Assembly: GCA_041946805.1 (NCBI GenBank) | Contig: JBHGBC010000001.1 | Coordinates: 32,001-96,000 of the forward strand | Reading direction: 5' to 3' | Origin: a bacterium | GTDB lineage: Bacteria > Hinthialibacterota > Hinthialibacteria > Hinthialibacterales > Hinthialibacteraceae | DNA length: 64,000 nucleotides | Shown: positions 1-8,139 of the stretch, piece after piece | How positions within the stretch are numbered: the stretch's first letter is position 1 | How the letters are laid out: each line of letters starts with the position of its first letter | Notes under the pieces: model-generated | Seen by the model: only the letters and a program-made list of their open reading frames with translations | What the model was told of the DNA's origin: nothing | The model's database searches: none | Translations under genes and position numbers: made by a program

Positions 1-119
1 ATGCGGAAGGTGATCACCCGGGTCTTGCCGCTGCCCGCGCCGGCCAGGACCAGCAGCGGCCCATCTCCATGGGTCACCGCCTCGAGTTGTTGGGGATTCA
101 ATTCTTTGGCGAAATTCAA
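1..119 (-). CDS. pcrA: UvrD/PcrA superfamily-1 helicase, N-terminus (runs off window)
   Basis: Hand translation from TTG at 119: [39 protein letters not shown], i.e. Q motif plus Walker A of the UvrD/PcrA/Rep family; GGAG RBS upstream. Confidence 0.9.
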   Translation of the reverse strand, partial: MNFAKELNPQQLEAVTHGDGPLLVLAGAGSGKTRVITFR

Positions 120-549
120 AGGACTCCGTCCCTTTTCCCATCGGGGATGACTTTTCATTTTCGGAGGGGGGAGATCCCCGCAAGGAAAGGGAATGATAGC
201 ACGCTGCGGCGGTTTAGCGAAACCGGGGGAAAGGGCGGACGCCTTTTTTGAACGCCCGGATCCAGGAAAAGGCCCTGAGAAATCGTGGTGGGGATTTTCG
301 ATTCCTCCTCCCAGATTGGGAGAAGATAGGAAGGTGTTGATTGATTCCTCCAATCGGCCGAATTATCCTTCGCCGCGTCCTGCCAATCCCTCCGCGCCGG
401 GAAGAAGGAATCAGAGACGGATCGCATTGGCCAGCCGCATACAAACTCTTCGGGATTGCATGCAGAACATATGCCCACGCTTCCATTTTTCTGGAACAAC
501 GCTTTCGCGGGGATGAAATCATGGTTGAACCATGGGATACAGATCTTGT

Positions 550-2097
550 CTATATAATCCTCCGGTACTCTTCCAACTCATATTCCCACACCCGTTCGCC
601 GCAGTAGCGGTCGCCTTCGGGACAGAGGGGCCGCTGCCGGGCGAGCCGCCGCAGCGTACAGGGCGGCAGCAGGTAGCGCCCGATTTGGGGATTGACCGCG
701 GCGATCTGCCGCGCCTCGTCCAATGACGCCCGCCAAATTTCTTCTTGCGCGTTGTAGCACAGGCGCATGGCATGCTTGTGCCGCAGGTTCAGCAGGTCGG
801 ACGATTCCGTGAAGCGGACGGCCGCCGCGTTGGGCAGGAGATATTCTACGAATTCCTCCCGCACGCCCCGGCGGCGGAGGGCGTTCATGGCGTCCCAGGC
901 GAGGACCATGCCCTCTTCGTATTCCCGGCGGATGGCGTCGTCGAGTTTGATCAACTCCGGTGTGATGAAATCCGGTTCGTCGGTGAGATGGGCGGCCAGG
1001 ATGGGGCGCGAGGCGGGAGTCATGCGGTGCCGCTGATCCTGCGAATCGGCGGTGTGACTCAGTTTCTTGCGGAATGTATAGGCCGGGTGATACAGGCAGC
1101 GGGAGAGTTTCGACAAGGTCGTCACGTTGAGTGATTCACCCAACAGCCGGTTTTGCCCCGGATCCAGCACCAGCGCGATGGCCTCGCCGTCGCTCAGGGC
1201 GGAGCGGGGAAGACCGAGCACTTCCCGGACCGCGCCGGCCAGGACGGATTCATTGTTGGTTTTATAATCGATGAGGCGGGATACCTTCCCCTCCAGGCCT
1301 TCATCGAATTCCTGGATGAACGCGCGGGCGTGTTGCGCTTCGGCGGGCCGGTTCGCGAAGAATACCCATTCGGGCGTGGCTTCCAGTTCCAAAGGTTCTT
1401 CCAGTATTTCTTGAAACTTCGGCTCCACCTCCAGCAGGCATCGCGCCATCTTTTCCACCACTCGGTGTTGCTCGCTGGGAGCGTCGAACTGGCGGCAGAG
1501 GCGGTAATAGCGCAGCAAGGTCACTCCGCTGACGGTGTGATAGAGATAAGCGAAGGTGGCCACCGGCAGCACGTACCGTGCCGCTTCCTGCGCCCGTTTT
1601 TGGATGTCGGCGCGGACCTTTTTATCTTGAAGCGATCGCGCGGGAAAGCGTTTGCGGTATTCGCTCTCCACCAGGGGAACGAGTTTTTCCCCCAGCAAGC
1701 GGTACTGCGCCATCTGCGCGGCGAGGGTGTCCTGGTAAATCTCCAGCGCGGCCCCCGGTAGCGCGGGGATGACCGCGTTGCCGGGTTTGACGGCCACATA
1801 CCGCTGGCTCACCTGTTCGGAATTATAAAAAGGATGGCTGTGCAGAAACGACCAGATGAACTGGCGGGACACGCGGTCCAGGGTGAATTGGAAATAGGCG
1901 TGCTGCAGTGTCGTGTGATGCCCGGCCTGGTAGAGGCTCTTGGCCAAAAAATCCCATTTATCGCCGATTTCGCCGTCGTGGACTATGCCCTTGGAGGAAT
2001 AGCAGGTCCGCGCCGTGGCCAGGAAATTCCGGTAGGCGGACGGGAACCGCTTCTCCAGGATCACTACCGGTTCGGGGGATAGAAACAAATCGGCCAT
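550..2097 (-). CDS. thyX: FAD-dependent thymidylate synthase, tandem two-domain ThyX-type
   Basis: ARTCY, GHHTTLQH, VSR and SEQVSQRYV in the N half; QDQRHR and RLCYNAQEEI in the C half; 515 aa, about twice a single ThyX. Confidence 0.8.
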   Translation of the reverse strand: MADLFLSPEPVVILEKRFPSAYRNFLATARTCYSSKGIVHDGEIGDKWDFLAKSLYQAGHHTTLQHAYFQFTLDRVSRQFIWSFLHSHPFYNSEQVSQRYVAVKPGNAVIPALPGAALEIYQDTLAAQMAQYRLLGEKLVPLVESEYRKRFPARSLQDKKVRADIQKRAQEAARYVLPVATFAYLYHTVSGVTLLRYYRLCRQFDAPSEQHRVVEKMARCLLEVEPKFQEILEEPLELEATPEWVFFANRPAEAQHARAFIQEFDEGLEGKVSRLIDYKTNNESVLAGAVREVLGLPRSALSDGEAIALVLDPGQNRLLGESLNVTTLSKLSRCLYHPAYTFRKKLSHTADSQDQRHRMTPASRPILAAHLTDEPDFITPELIKLDDAIRREYEEGMVLAWDAMNALRRRGVREEFVEYLLPNAAAVRFTESSDLLNLRHKHAMRLCYNAQEEIWRASLDEARQIAAVNPQIGRYLLPPCTLRRLARQRPLCPEGDRYCGERVWEYELEEYRRII

Positions 2098-2229
2098 GCC
2101 GCGCTCACATTGCTTAGGTCTGATTGATTAACTCTGTATGTATGGCTCATCCGGCGAGTGTGTCTTTTTTTTTTCAAAAAATCACGATCGCCATCCAATC
2201 CATCTGGTACGACCAATAGCCCTAAATTA

Positions 2230-2261
2230 CCTCTCCCTTTGGTAGAGGGTTAGGGTGAGGG
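2230..2261 (+). repeat. REP-like family A (CCCTCTCCC-nnn-GGGAGAGGG..GGGTGAGGG), representative copy
   Basis: Other intergenic copies near 2558, 4571, 8080(-), 13501, 21431, 35582, 35632(-), 43131, 47236, 48317(-), 58167; split or half copies at 42932, 49677/49994 and 60647. Confidence 0.85.
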
Positions 2262-2485
2262 ATTTTTTCTAGGGGCGGACCTTGGTGTCCGCCCGTATCA
2301 TAACGTGGATAGAATAACGTAACCCCATCATGTACGCGCTTCCCGGATGAACCACATAAGTTATATGAAATCAAGGTCTTATACCAATCCACTGGATATA
2401 ATCTCAAAAGTGCGTAAGTGTCGGATTTATATTGACTTACAGATTTCGCCCTCTGGAACTTCGCACTCTCTTGTGAAGTAATGTC

Positions 2486-2595
2486 TTTGAGCGCCAACGG
2501 CGCGGCAGGAGTATAGCCCGGGTGTAAGCCCTGGGATGTTTGCGAAAAAGTAAATAATCCCCTCTTCCTCTAGGAAAGGGATAAGGTGAGGGAAA
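2486..2595 (+). repeat. Composite repeat of about 110 bp, copy 1
   Basis: TTTGAGCGCCAACGGCGCGGC..ATAGCCCGG..GTAAGCCCTG..AAAAGTAAA.AATCCCCT plus a family A hairpin; colinear with 13425-13536, degenerate copy at 49602-49688. Confidence 0.8.
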
Positions 2596-2708
2596 CCCTG
2601 CGCTATATCTACTGTCCGTACAATCGATTAAACGGTTCCATATTATTATTTTTGGCTACATTGAGTGTACTCAACAGAACCTGACCGGATGAATCCCTCT
2701 TTCGGCCT

Positions 2709-3680
2709 TCATTCCGGCTTGGAGTGAATGATTTCCCGAATGACGTAGGTTTTTTTGCGTTGGCTTTCGTGGTAGACCCGGGTCATCATTTCCGCCAGCA
2801 GGCCGATCATGATGATCTGGATTCCCACCAGCGCGAAAAAGACCGCCAGCAACAGGAAGGGATTATTGGAGGCCTTGTCGCCTTCGAAAAATTTCTCGTA
2901 GGCCACGTCCAGCGCGCAGACGGCGGCGGCCAGGTGGAAGAGCATGCCAATGCCGCCGAAAAAATGGCTCGGCCGGGTGAGGAAATTCCCCAACAAAACG
3001 AGCAGCGGCAGGTCGAGGAGCACCTTGATGATCCGGTTCAGCGAATACTTGGACTTGCCGCGCAGCCGGGGGTGATGGGTGACCTCGACTTCGGCGATGC
3101 GCGCGCCCATCCAATGGCCCAGGACGGTCAGGAAGCGGTGCATTTCGCCGTACAGGGAAACGCGGTCCAACACCTCGCGCCGGTAGGCCTTCAGGGTGCA
3201 GCCGTGGTCGTGGAGGTGGACGCCCGTGATCCAGGAGATGATCCAGTTGGCGATCCGGGACGGCAGGCGCTTGGAAAGAAACGGATCTTTCCGGTTTTTC
3301 CGCCAGCCGCTGACGATGTCGTAGCCTTCGTCCAGTTTCTTAAGCAGTTTGGGGATATCGCGGGGATCGTTTTGCAGGTCGGCGTCCATGAGGATGAGGA
3401 CGTTTCCCCGGGCGTGATCGATGCCGGCGGCGATGGCGGCGGTCTGACCGAAATTCCGCCGGAGCATCAGCGCCTGGATGCCGGGATGGTTCCGGGCGAT
3501 GTCTTCCAGTACGCGCGGCGAGCCGTCGCGGCTGCCGTCGTCGCAGTAAATGATCTCGTAGGACAGGCCGGTGGCTTCCAACGCCGGGCGCAAGTCTGCC
3601 TGCAACGGGAGGAGATTGTCCTCCTCGTTGTAGACCGGTATAATCACCGAGAGTTGGGGAGCGGGGGATTGTTCGTTCAT
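2709..3680 (-). CDS. GT2 glycosyltransferase, ArnC/polyprenol-phosphate glycosyltransferase-like
   Basis: SVIIPVYNEE, DDGSRD, RRNFGQ, MDADLQNDP; two C-terminal TM helices. Confidence 0.9.
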   Translation of the reverse strand: MNEQSPAPQLSVIIPVYNEEDNLLPLQADLRPALEATGLSYEIIYCDDGSRDGSPRVLEDIARNHPGIQALMLRRNFGQTAAIAAGIDHARGNVLILMDADLQNDPRDIPKLLKKLDEGYDIVSGWRKNRKDPFLSKRLPSRIANWIISWITGVHLHDHGCTLKAYRREVLDRVSLYGEMHRFLTVLGHWMGARIAEVEVTHHPRLRGKSKYSLNRIIKVLLDLPLLVLLGNFLTRPSHFFGGIGMLFHLAAAVCALDVAYEKFFEGDKASNNPFLLLAVFFALVGIQIIMIGLLAEMMTRVYHESQRKKTYVIREIIHSKPE

Positions 3681-3927
3681 GATCCTGGATGGGTTACTCT
3701 ACGGCGTGGGCGCACACCGGTCAATCCACGACGATTCCGTGAGCGACGGCCACGCCCACGGCCGCAACGCCGGTCAAGGGCGCGTGGGAGTAACCGGTAA
3801 GCCCCCGTGGTTCGGGCCGTGAGGTCGGGGGAAAGGCAGCATCTTGCGTTTTTGGCGGCGATGGATAGGATGACAGCGGCTCTCGGGATTCAAGATCCCA
3901 ATTTCATGGGGAAGGTGGTAAACCGGA

Positions 3928-4371
3928 ATGGATAGAGATTTGCGGAGCAACTTGTACGAGTATGAAATCAACCGGTTTCAGGAGTTGTTGAAGGACAACC
4001 GGGAATACGCGTTTCAGCGTTACGGATGGACCGTGTTTTACAGTCTGCCTCCCGAGCAGACGTTTCAGTTGAAGAACGAACTAGGCTGGAAGGGCAACGA
4101 ACCCTTGGATTTATACAACCTGGGAGCGCTGGAATGTCAGAACGGCAATCTGAAAGAGGCCATGAAGTATTTCGAGAAGGCGGAAAACCAGGGATGCACC
4201 GCGCCGGAATTGTATTTCAACATCGCGGCCATCCACGAAGAGCAGCAAGAGACGGCCAAGGCCAAGGCGTATTATCAGAAATACATCGACGCGGCCGAAA
4301 AATGGGATGAGATCCCCAAGAGCCTGCAAAAAGAACTTGATGAAATCCGCGAGCATATTAAAAAATTATAA
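3928..4371 (+). CDS. TPR-repeat protein
   Basis: YNLG..EAMKYFEKA and YFNIA..AKAYYQKY TPR-like repeats. Confidence 0.75.
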   Translation: MDRDLRSNLYEYEINRFQELLKDNREYAFQRYGWTVFYSLPPEQTFQLKNELGWKGNEPLDLYNLGALECQNGNLKEAMKYFEKAENQGCTAPELYFNIAAIHEEQQETAKAKAYYQKYIDAAEKWDEIPKSLQKELDEIREHIKKL

Positions 4372-4433
4372 AAGTAAAATATAAGAGGGGGATTCCCTCC
4401 CTGGGGCTCAATCTCCCTTCGGAGATTCCGATA

Positions 4434-4464
4434 ATAAGCTGGCGCGGCCGGCTTATTTCTTTTT
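4434..4464 (+). terminator. Probable intrinsic terminator after the TPR gene
   Basis: ATAAGCTGGC-GCG-GCCGGCTTAT hairpin followed by TTCTTTTT. Confidence 0.55.
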
Positions 4465-4802
4465 CGGATCATTCGGCAAATGCGTGCCTTTTATATCGAA
4501 TAGCTCGCTTGTTCAGATGGCTGGATGGCGACTCTTCGAGTTGATCGCTCAGAATCACTCCCAGAATCCGCTCTCCCTCTGGGAGAGGGCCAAGGTGAGG
4601 GAATTGTGGTTGGGAGGTCCTTGGTCTCCACCCGTACCAGCAATTGGATGGCCTGCCAGTTCACCATCCATGCACGCGCAAACCGGAAGAATATCTTTCG
4701 GACAACCGGTGTGTCTGGGAGGGGCTACCCGGACGCAGTGAGGGATATGATAAACCAGATCAAGCCGCGGACCATAACTGTATATAAATTGAGAATTTCG
4801 TA

Positions 4803-4831
4803 TTGCACTCAGGTTGGATTCATGCTATGGT
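4803..4831 (+). promoter_or_regulatory. Sigma70-like promoter for the amidase
   Basis: TTGCAC-17 nt-TATGGT with TG extension. Confidence 0.45.
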
Positions 4832-4908
4832 GAACAATCGTCTGATCCGGACAAGGATCTATGCGTGTGTGAAATGAGAGGGACTCCTGGGTAGAATTTC
4901 GCGGTCGC

Positions 4909-6801
4909 ATGGAGGCAGCCAGGAAAATGCGTTGTTTGTTTCGAGGATGGAGAGGTGTGTTCGTTGGTTTGGCGATTGGATTCAGCGGCGCTTGGCCGTC
5001 GCACGGCGCGGCGATTCCCAAGCTGGATGTCATCCGGTGCGCGGACTACGTGAATTACACGCAATTGGCTTTCGAGATCACCGAAAAAGGCGCTCTGGAA
5101 ACGAAGATCTACCCGTTGCGCACCGGCAAGGCGCCCATTCTGATCGTGGAACTCAAAGGCGTACAGACGGGTCTGATCAGCAACGACTGCCATCTGGACG
5201 GCACTTACATCCGTAAAGCCTCGATTTCCTATAGTTCACACTACGATACGCTCACCGTCACGATCCCTTGTCATCCCAACGTCAACCTGGAGGGAATGGT
5301 TTGGAACGTCTGGGAAGACATGGTGACGGTGGATATACCCCTGTTCGAGCCGAATCACGCCTTTGTTCCCCCGGTGGACGAAATCCAGAAGCACAAGGAA
5401 AAAGGGGGGAAGGTGGTGGTGTTGGATCCCGGCCATGGAGCGTTCCATGACAACGACGGGGGGGATTACATCCGGTATCCCCGCCTGACCGAGAAAGAAG
5501 TGGTGCTGGACCTGGGCTGGCGGATCAAAAAATTGATGGATCAGGATCCAAAGTTGTTGACTTTGTTGACCCGTTACGGCGACTATCTGCCGGTGCCTTT
5601 CGGTTTGAAGGGCCGGACCCGGGAGGAGTACAAAACCGCATCGTTGAGCTACCGGGTGCAACTGGCCAAGGAATACCTGGGAGACGCGTATATCTCGCTG
5701 CATTTGAACGCCATCTCGGGACCGCGTCAGAAAACCGCCAAGGGCTTCGAGGTGTATTTCCTGGGCGAAGAACACGCCAATGATCTGGTCAACAATCCGG
5801 ACGTGGAGGAGTTGAGCCTGCTGGGGATCGAAGAAGAGGGAAAGAAAGACAGTGAGTTGTCGAACGTGCTGCTGCTGATGAACAAGGATTACGTACAGCA
5901 GCAAAGCATCAACCTGGCGGCCACGATCACCCGGGAGGTGGCGGGGCTGCCCTGGATCACGCTGCGCGAACGGCCCATGAAATCCCAGCGGTTCGTGGTC
6001 TTGCGCCAGTTGGTGATGCCGTCGGTGTTGGTCGAGTTTTTGTTCCGCACGCATCCGCAGGAGCACGAATACATCCGGAGCGCCCGCAACCGCAACCAAC
6101 TGGCGGAAGCGGTCTATAAGGCGGTGAACGCGTTCTTCTTCGAACCGGCGAAGCCTATTCCTCCCGATATCTATTCACCCCGGCCGGTGGAGATCGCCCA
6201 TGCCGCGCAGACTCCCACGGTGCAAGCGCCCAAACCGGCGCCCAAGGCGACTCCCGTTCCCAGCCGCGGCCCCGTGTATCACACAGTCAAATCGGGCGAA
6301 TCGTTGAGCGCCATCGCCAGCCGGTACGGCGTTTCCACCACCCGCCTGCGCCAACTCAATCCGGGCAAAATCGACAAGCGCAACCGGATCGACCGGGGGG
6401 ACCGGTTGTTGATCTCCCAGGGAACCGCCCGCTCCGCCGCGGCCGCACCGGCTAAATCGACCTCATCTTCGGAGCCGCGGCATGACATCGTCTTCACCTA
6501 TACAGTCAAGTCCGGAGACACGTTGGGCACGATCGCCGCGAAATACAGCTCCACCGTGGAAGAGCTCAAAACCTTCAACCGCAAGCGGTCGATCCAGATC
6601 AAGCCGGGAGAGAAGTTGCGGATTCCCGGCCACCGTGATATCCGCCTGGCTTCCGCGCAAACCACCGAGTACAAGGTCCAGCGCGGAGATTCGCTGGATG
6701 AGATCGCGAAACAATACAAAACCACACCCCAGCGGCTCAAGAGTTTGAACCGCCTGCAAAAATCCACCATTCATCCCGGGCAGGTCTTGCGCGTGCGGTG
6801 A
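4909..6801 (+). CDS. N-acetylmuramoyl-L-alanine amidase (Amidase_3) with three C-terminal LysM domains
   Basis: Signal peptide; zinc/catalytic motifs LDPGHG, TEK, ISLHLNA, VLVE; three LysM repeats (HTVKSGESL, YTVKSGDTL, YKVQRGDSL). Confidence 0.92.
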   Translation: MEAARKMRCLFRGWRGVFVGLAIGFSGAWPSHGAAIPKLDVIRCADYVNYTQLAFEITEKGALETKIYPLRTGKAPILIVELKGVQTGLISNDCHLDGTYIRKASISYSSHYDTLTVTIPCHPNVNLEGMVWNVWEDMVTVDIPLFEPNHAFVPPVDEIQKHKEKGGKVVVLDPGHGAFHDNDGGDYIRYPRLTEKEVVLDLGWRIKKLMDQDPKLLTLLTRYGDYLPVPFGLKGRTREEYKTASLSYRVQLAKEYLGDAYISLHLNAISGPRQKTAKGFEVYFLGEEHANDLVNNPDVEELSLLGIEEEGKKDSELSNVLLLMNKDYVQQQSINLAATITREVAGLPWITLRERPMKSQRFVVLRQLVMPSVLVEFLFRTHPQEHEYIRSARNRNQLAEAVYKAVNAFFFEPAKPIPPDIYSPRPVEIAHAAQTPTVQAPKPAPKATPVPSRGPVYHTVKSGESLSAIASRYGVSTTRLRQLNPGKIDKRNRIDRGDRLLISQGTARSAAAAPAKSTSSSEPRHDIVFTYTVKSGDTLGTIAAKYSSTVEELKTFNRKRSIQIKPGEKLRIPGHRDIRLASAQTTEYKVQRGDSLDEIAKQYKTTPQRLKSLNRLQKSTIHPGQVLRVR

Positions 6802-6838
6802 CGCGCCGGGACAACATATCCATTCACCCGATCAAATC

Positions 6839-6872
6839 CCACCCCCGGTTGACGCTCGCCGGGGGTGGTTTT
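6839..6872 (+). terminator. Intrinsic terminator after the amidase
   Basis: CCACCCCCGG / CCGGGGGTGG stem followed by TTTT. Confidence 0.6.
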
Positions 6873-6874
6873 CA

Positions 6875-6883
6875 TGGTATACT
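6875..6883 (+). promoter_or_regulatory. Extended -10 (TGnTATACT), 6 nt upstream of the radical SAM ATG
   Basis: TGGTATACT at 6875-6883, ATG at 6890, no Shine-Dalgarno sequence. Confidence 0.45.
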
Positions 6884-6889
6884 CCTGGC

Positions 6890-7966
6890 ATGTTTGCGAA
6901 CGGTCCCCGATTGCGATACTTGATTTACTACATCACCTCGCGCTGCAACCTGCGGTGCGAGCACTGTTTCTATCTGGAGGAATTGAACAAGCATGACGAA
7001 ATGACCCCGGAGGAAATCGGGCGGGTGGCCCGCGGCGTCCATCCCTTGCCCTTCGTACGGGTGACCGGCGGCGAGCCTTTTCTCCGCAAAGACTTGCCCG
7101 AAGTGCTCCAGGCCTTTTACCGCCACGCCGCCACGCGGCGGATGGGAATCATCACCAACGGAACCCGCCCGGCGTGGGTGGAGGAATCGGTCCGGCGGCT
7201 GCTGGAACTATGCCCGGAGTTGGCGGTGGACGTGGGAGTCTCGATCGACGGTTTGGAGGCCACGCATGACGCCATCCGGAGGCTGCCCGGTTCGTACGCC
7301 AAGGCGCGGGAAACAGTGGAGCGGTTGAACGCATGCAAATCCGGCTTGGCCAACCTGTTGACCTCCATCGTCATGACCGTCACCGCGAGAAACGAATCCC
7401 AGCTGGACGAATTGTATGAGGAAATGGCCGGGTTGGGGGTGGACCGGTTGTCCGTCAATCACGTGCGCGGCAAGGTGCATGATCCCTCCCTGCTGGAGAT
7501 TTCATTCGACAAGTACCGGGAGTTCGCCGAGCGGTGCGAGCGGTACCACCTGGACCGGGACCGGAGTTGGAAGGCGGGCGTCCAACGGGCCAAGAACCGC
7601 CTGGCGCGCGCGGCCATCAACCAGGTGGCCCGGGGCGAGCCTTCGGATATTCCCTGCCTGGCGGGATCGGCGATCGGCGTGCTTTACTCGGATGGGACGG
7701 TATCCCTGTGCGAAATGCTGGAAGATGAACTGCCGGCGGGGAACGGCGGAGGCGCGGCCCATCCCCGCCTGGGTAACGTGCGCGAGACCGGATATGATTT
7801 TTATGCCATTTGGAATTCCGAAAACACGCAACGCTGCCGCGAGTGGATCGCCGCGACCCGCTGTTCCTGCACCCACGAATGTTTCCTGACCGCCAGCATC
7901 CTGTTCAATAAGCGCAATTACCCCCGGTTGTTCAAGGAGTGGGTGCGGCAAGGGGTGGGGCGGTAG
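6890..7966 (+). CDS. Radical SAM protein with SPASM/twitch-like C-terminus
   Basis: CNLRCEHC (CxxxCxxC), TGGEP, TNG, SIDG; C-terminal CLAG..SLCE..CSCTHEC. Confidence 0.9.
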   Translation: MFANGPRLRYLIYYITSRCNLRCEHCFYLEELNKHDEMTPEEIGRVARGVHPLPFVRVTGGEPFLRKDLPEVLQAFYRHAATRRMGIITNGTRPAWVEESVRRLLELCPELAVDVGVSIDGLEATHDAIRRLPGSYAKARETVERLNACKSGLANLLTSIVMTVTARNESQLDELYEEMAGLGVDRLSVNHVRGKVHDPSLLEISFDKYREFAERCERYHLDRDRSWKAGVQRAKNRLARAAINQVARGEPSDIPCLAGSAIGVLYSDGTVSLCEMLEDELPAGNGGGAAHPRLGNVRETGYDFYAIWNSENTQRCREWIAATRCSCTHECFLTASILFNKRNYPRLFKEWVRQGVGR

Positions 7967-8139
7967 GTGGCTTGTATTCCAAATGATGGTGGGCCACGCG
8001 CCGCTATGAGCCCACCCTGCAACCTGTAGTGAGAGTTGATGGGTTACACGCTGCGCGCGAGCCCATCCTGCGTTTTCTTCCCTCACCCTAGCCCTCTCCC
8101 AGAGAGAGAGGGGATTTGGAGCTGGTTTTCATCGATCAC

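Noticed and set aside
3690..3920. GC-rich spacer with weak internal repeats (GCGTGGG..ACCGGT)
   Set aside because: Similarity is too short and degenerate to support an RNA or repeat call
6890..7966. Radical SAM enzyme as a RiPP maturase or as the AMMECR1 partner
   Set aside because: No precursor peptide is adjacent, it is 35 kb from the AMMECR1 gene, and no Memo gene is present
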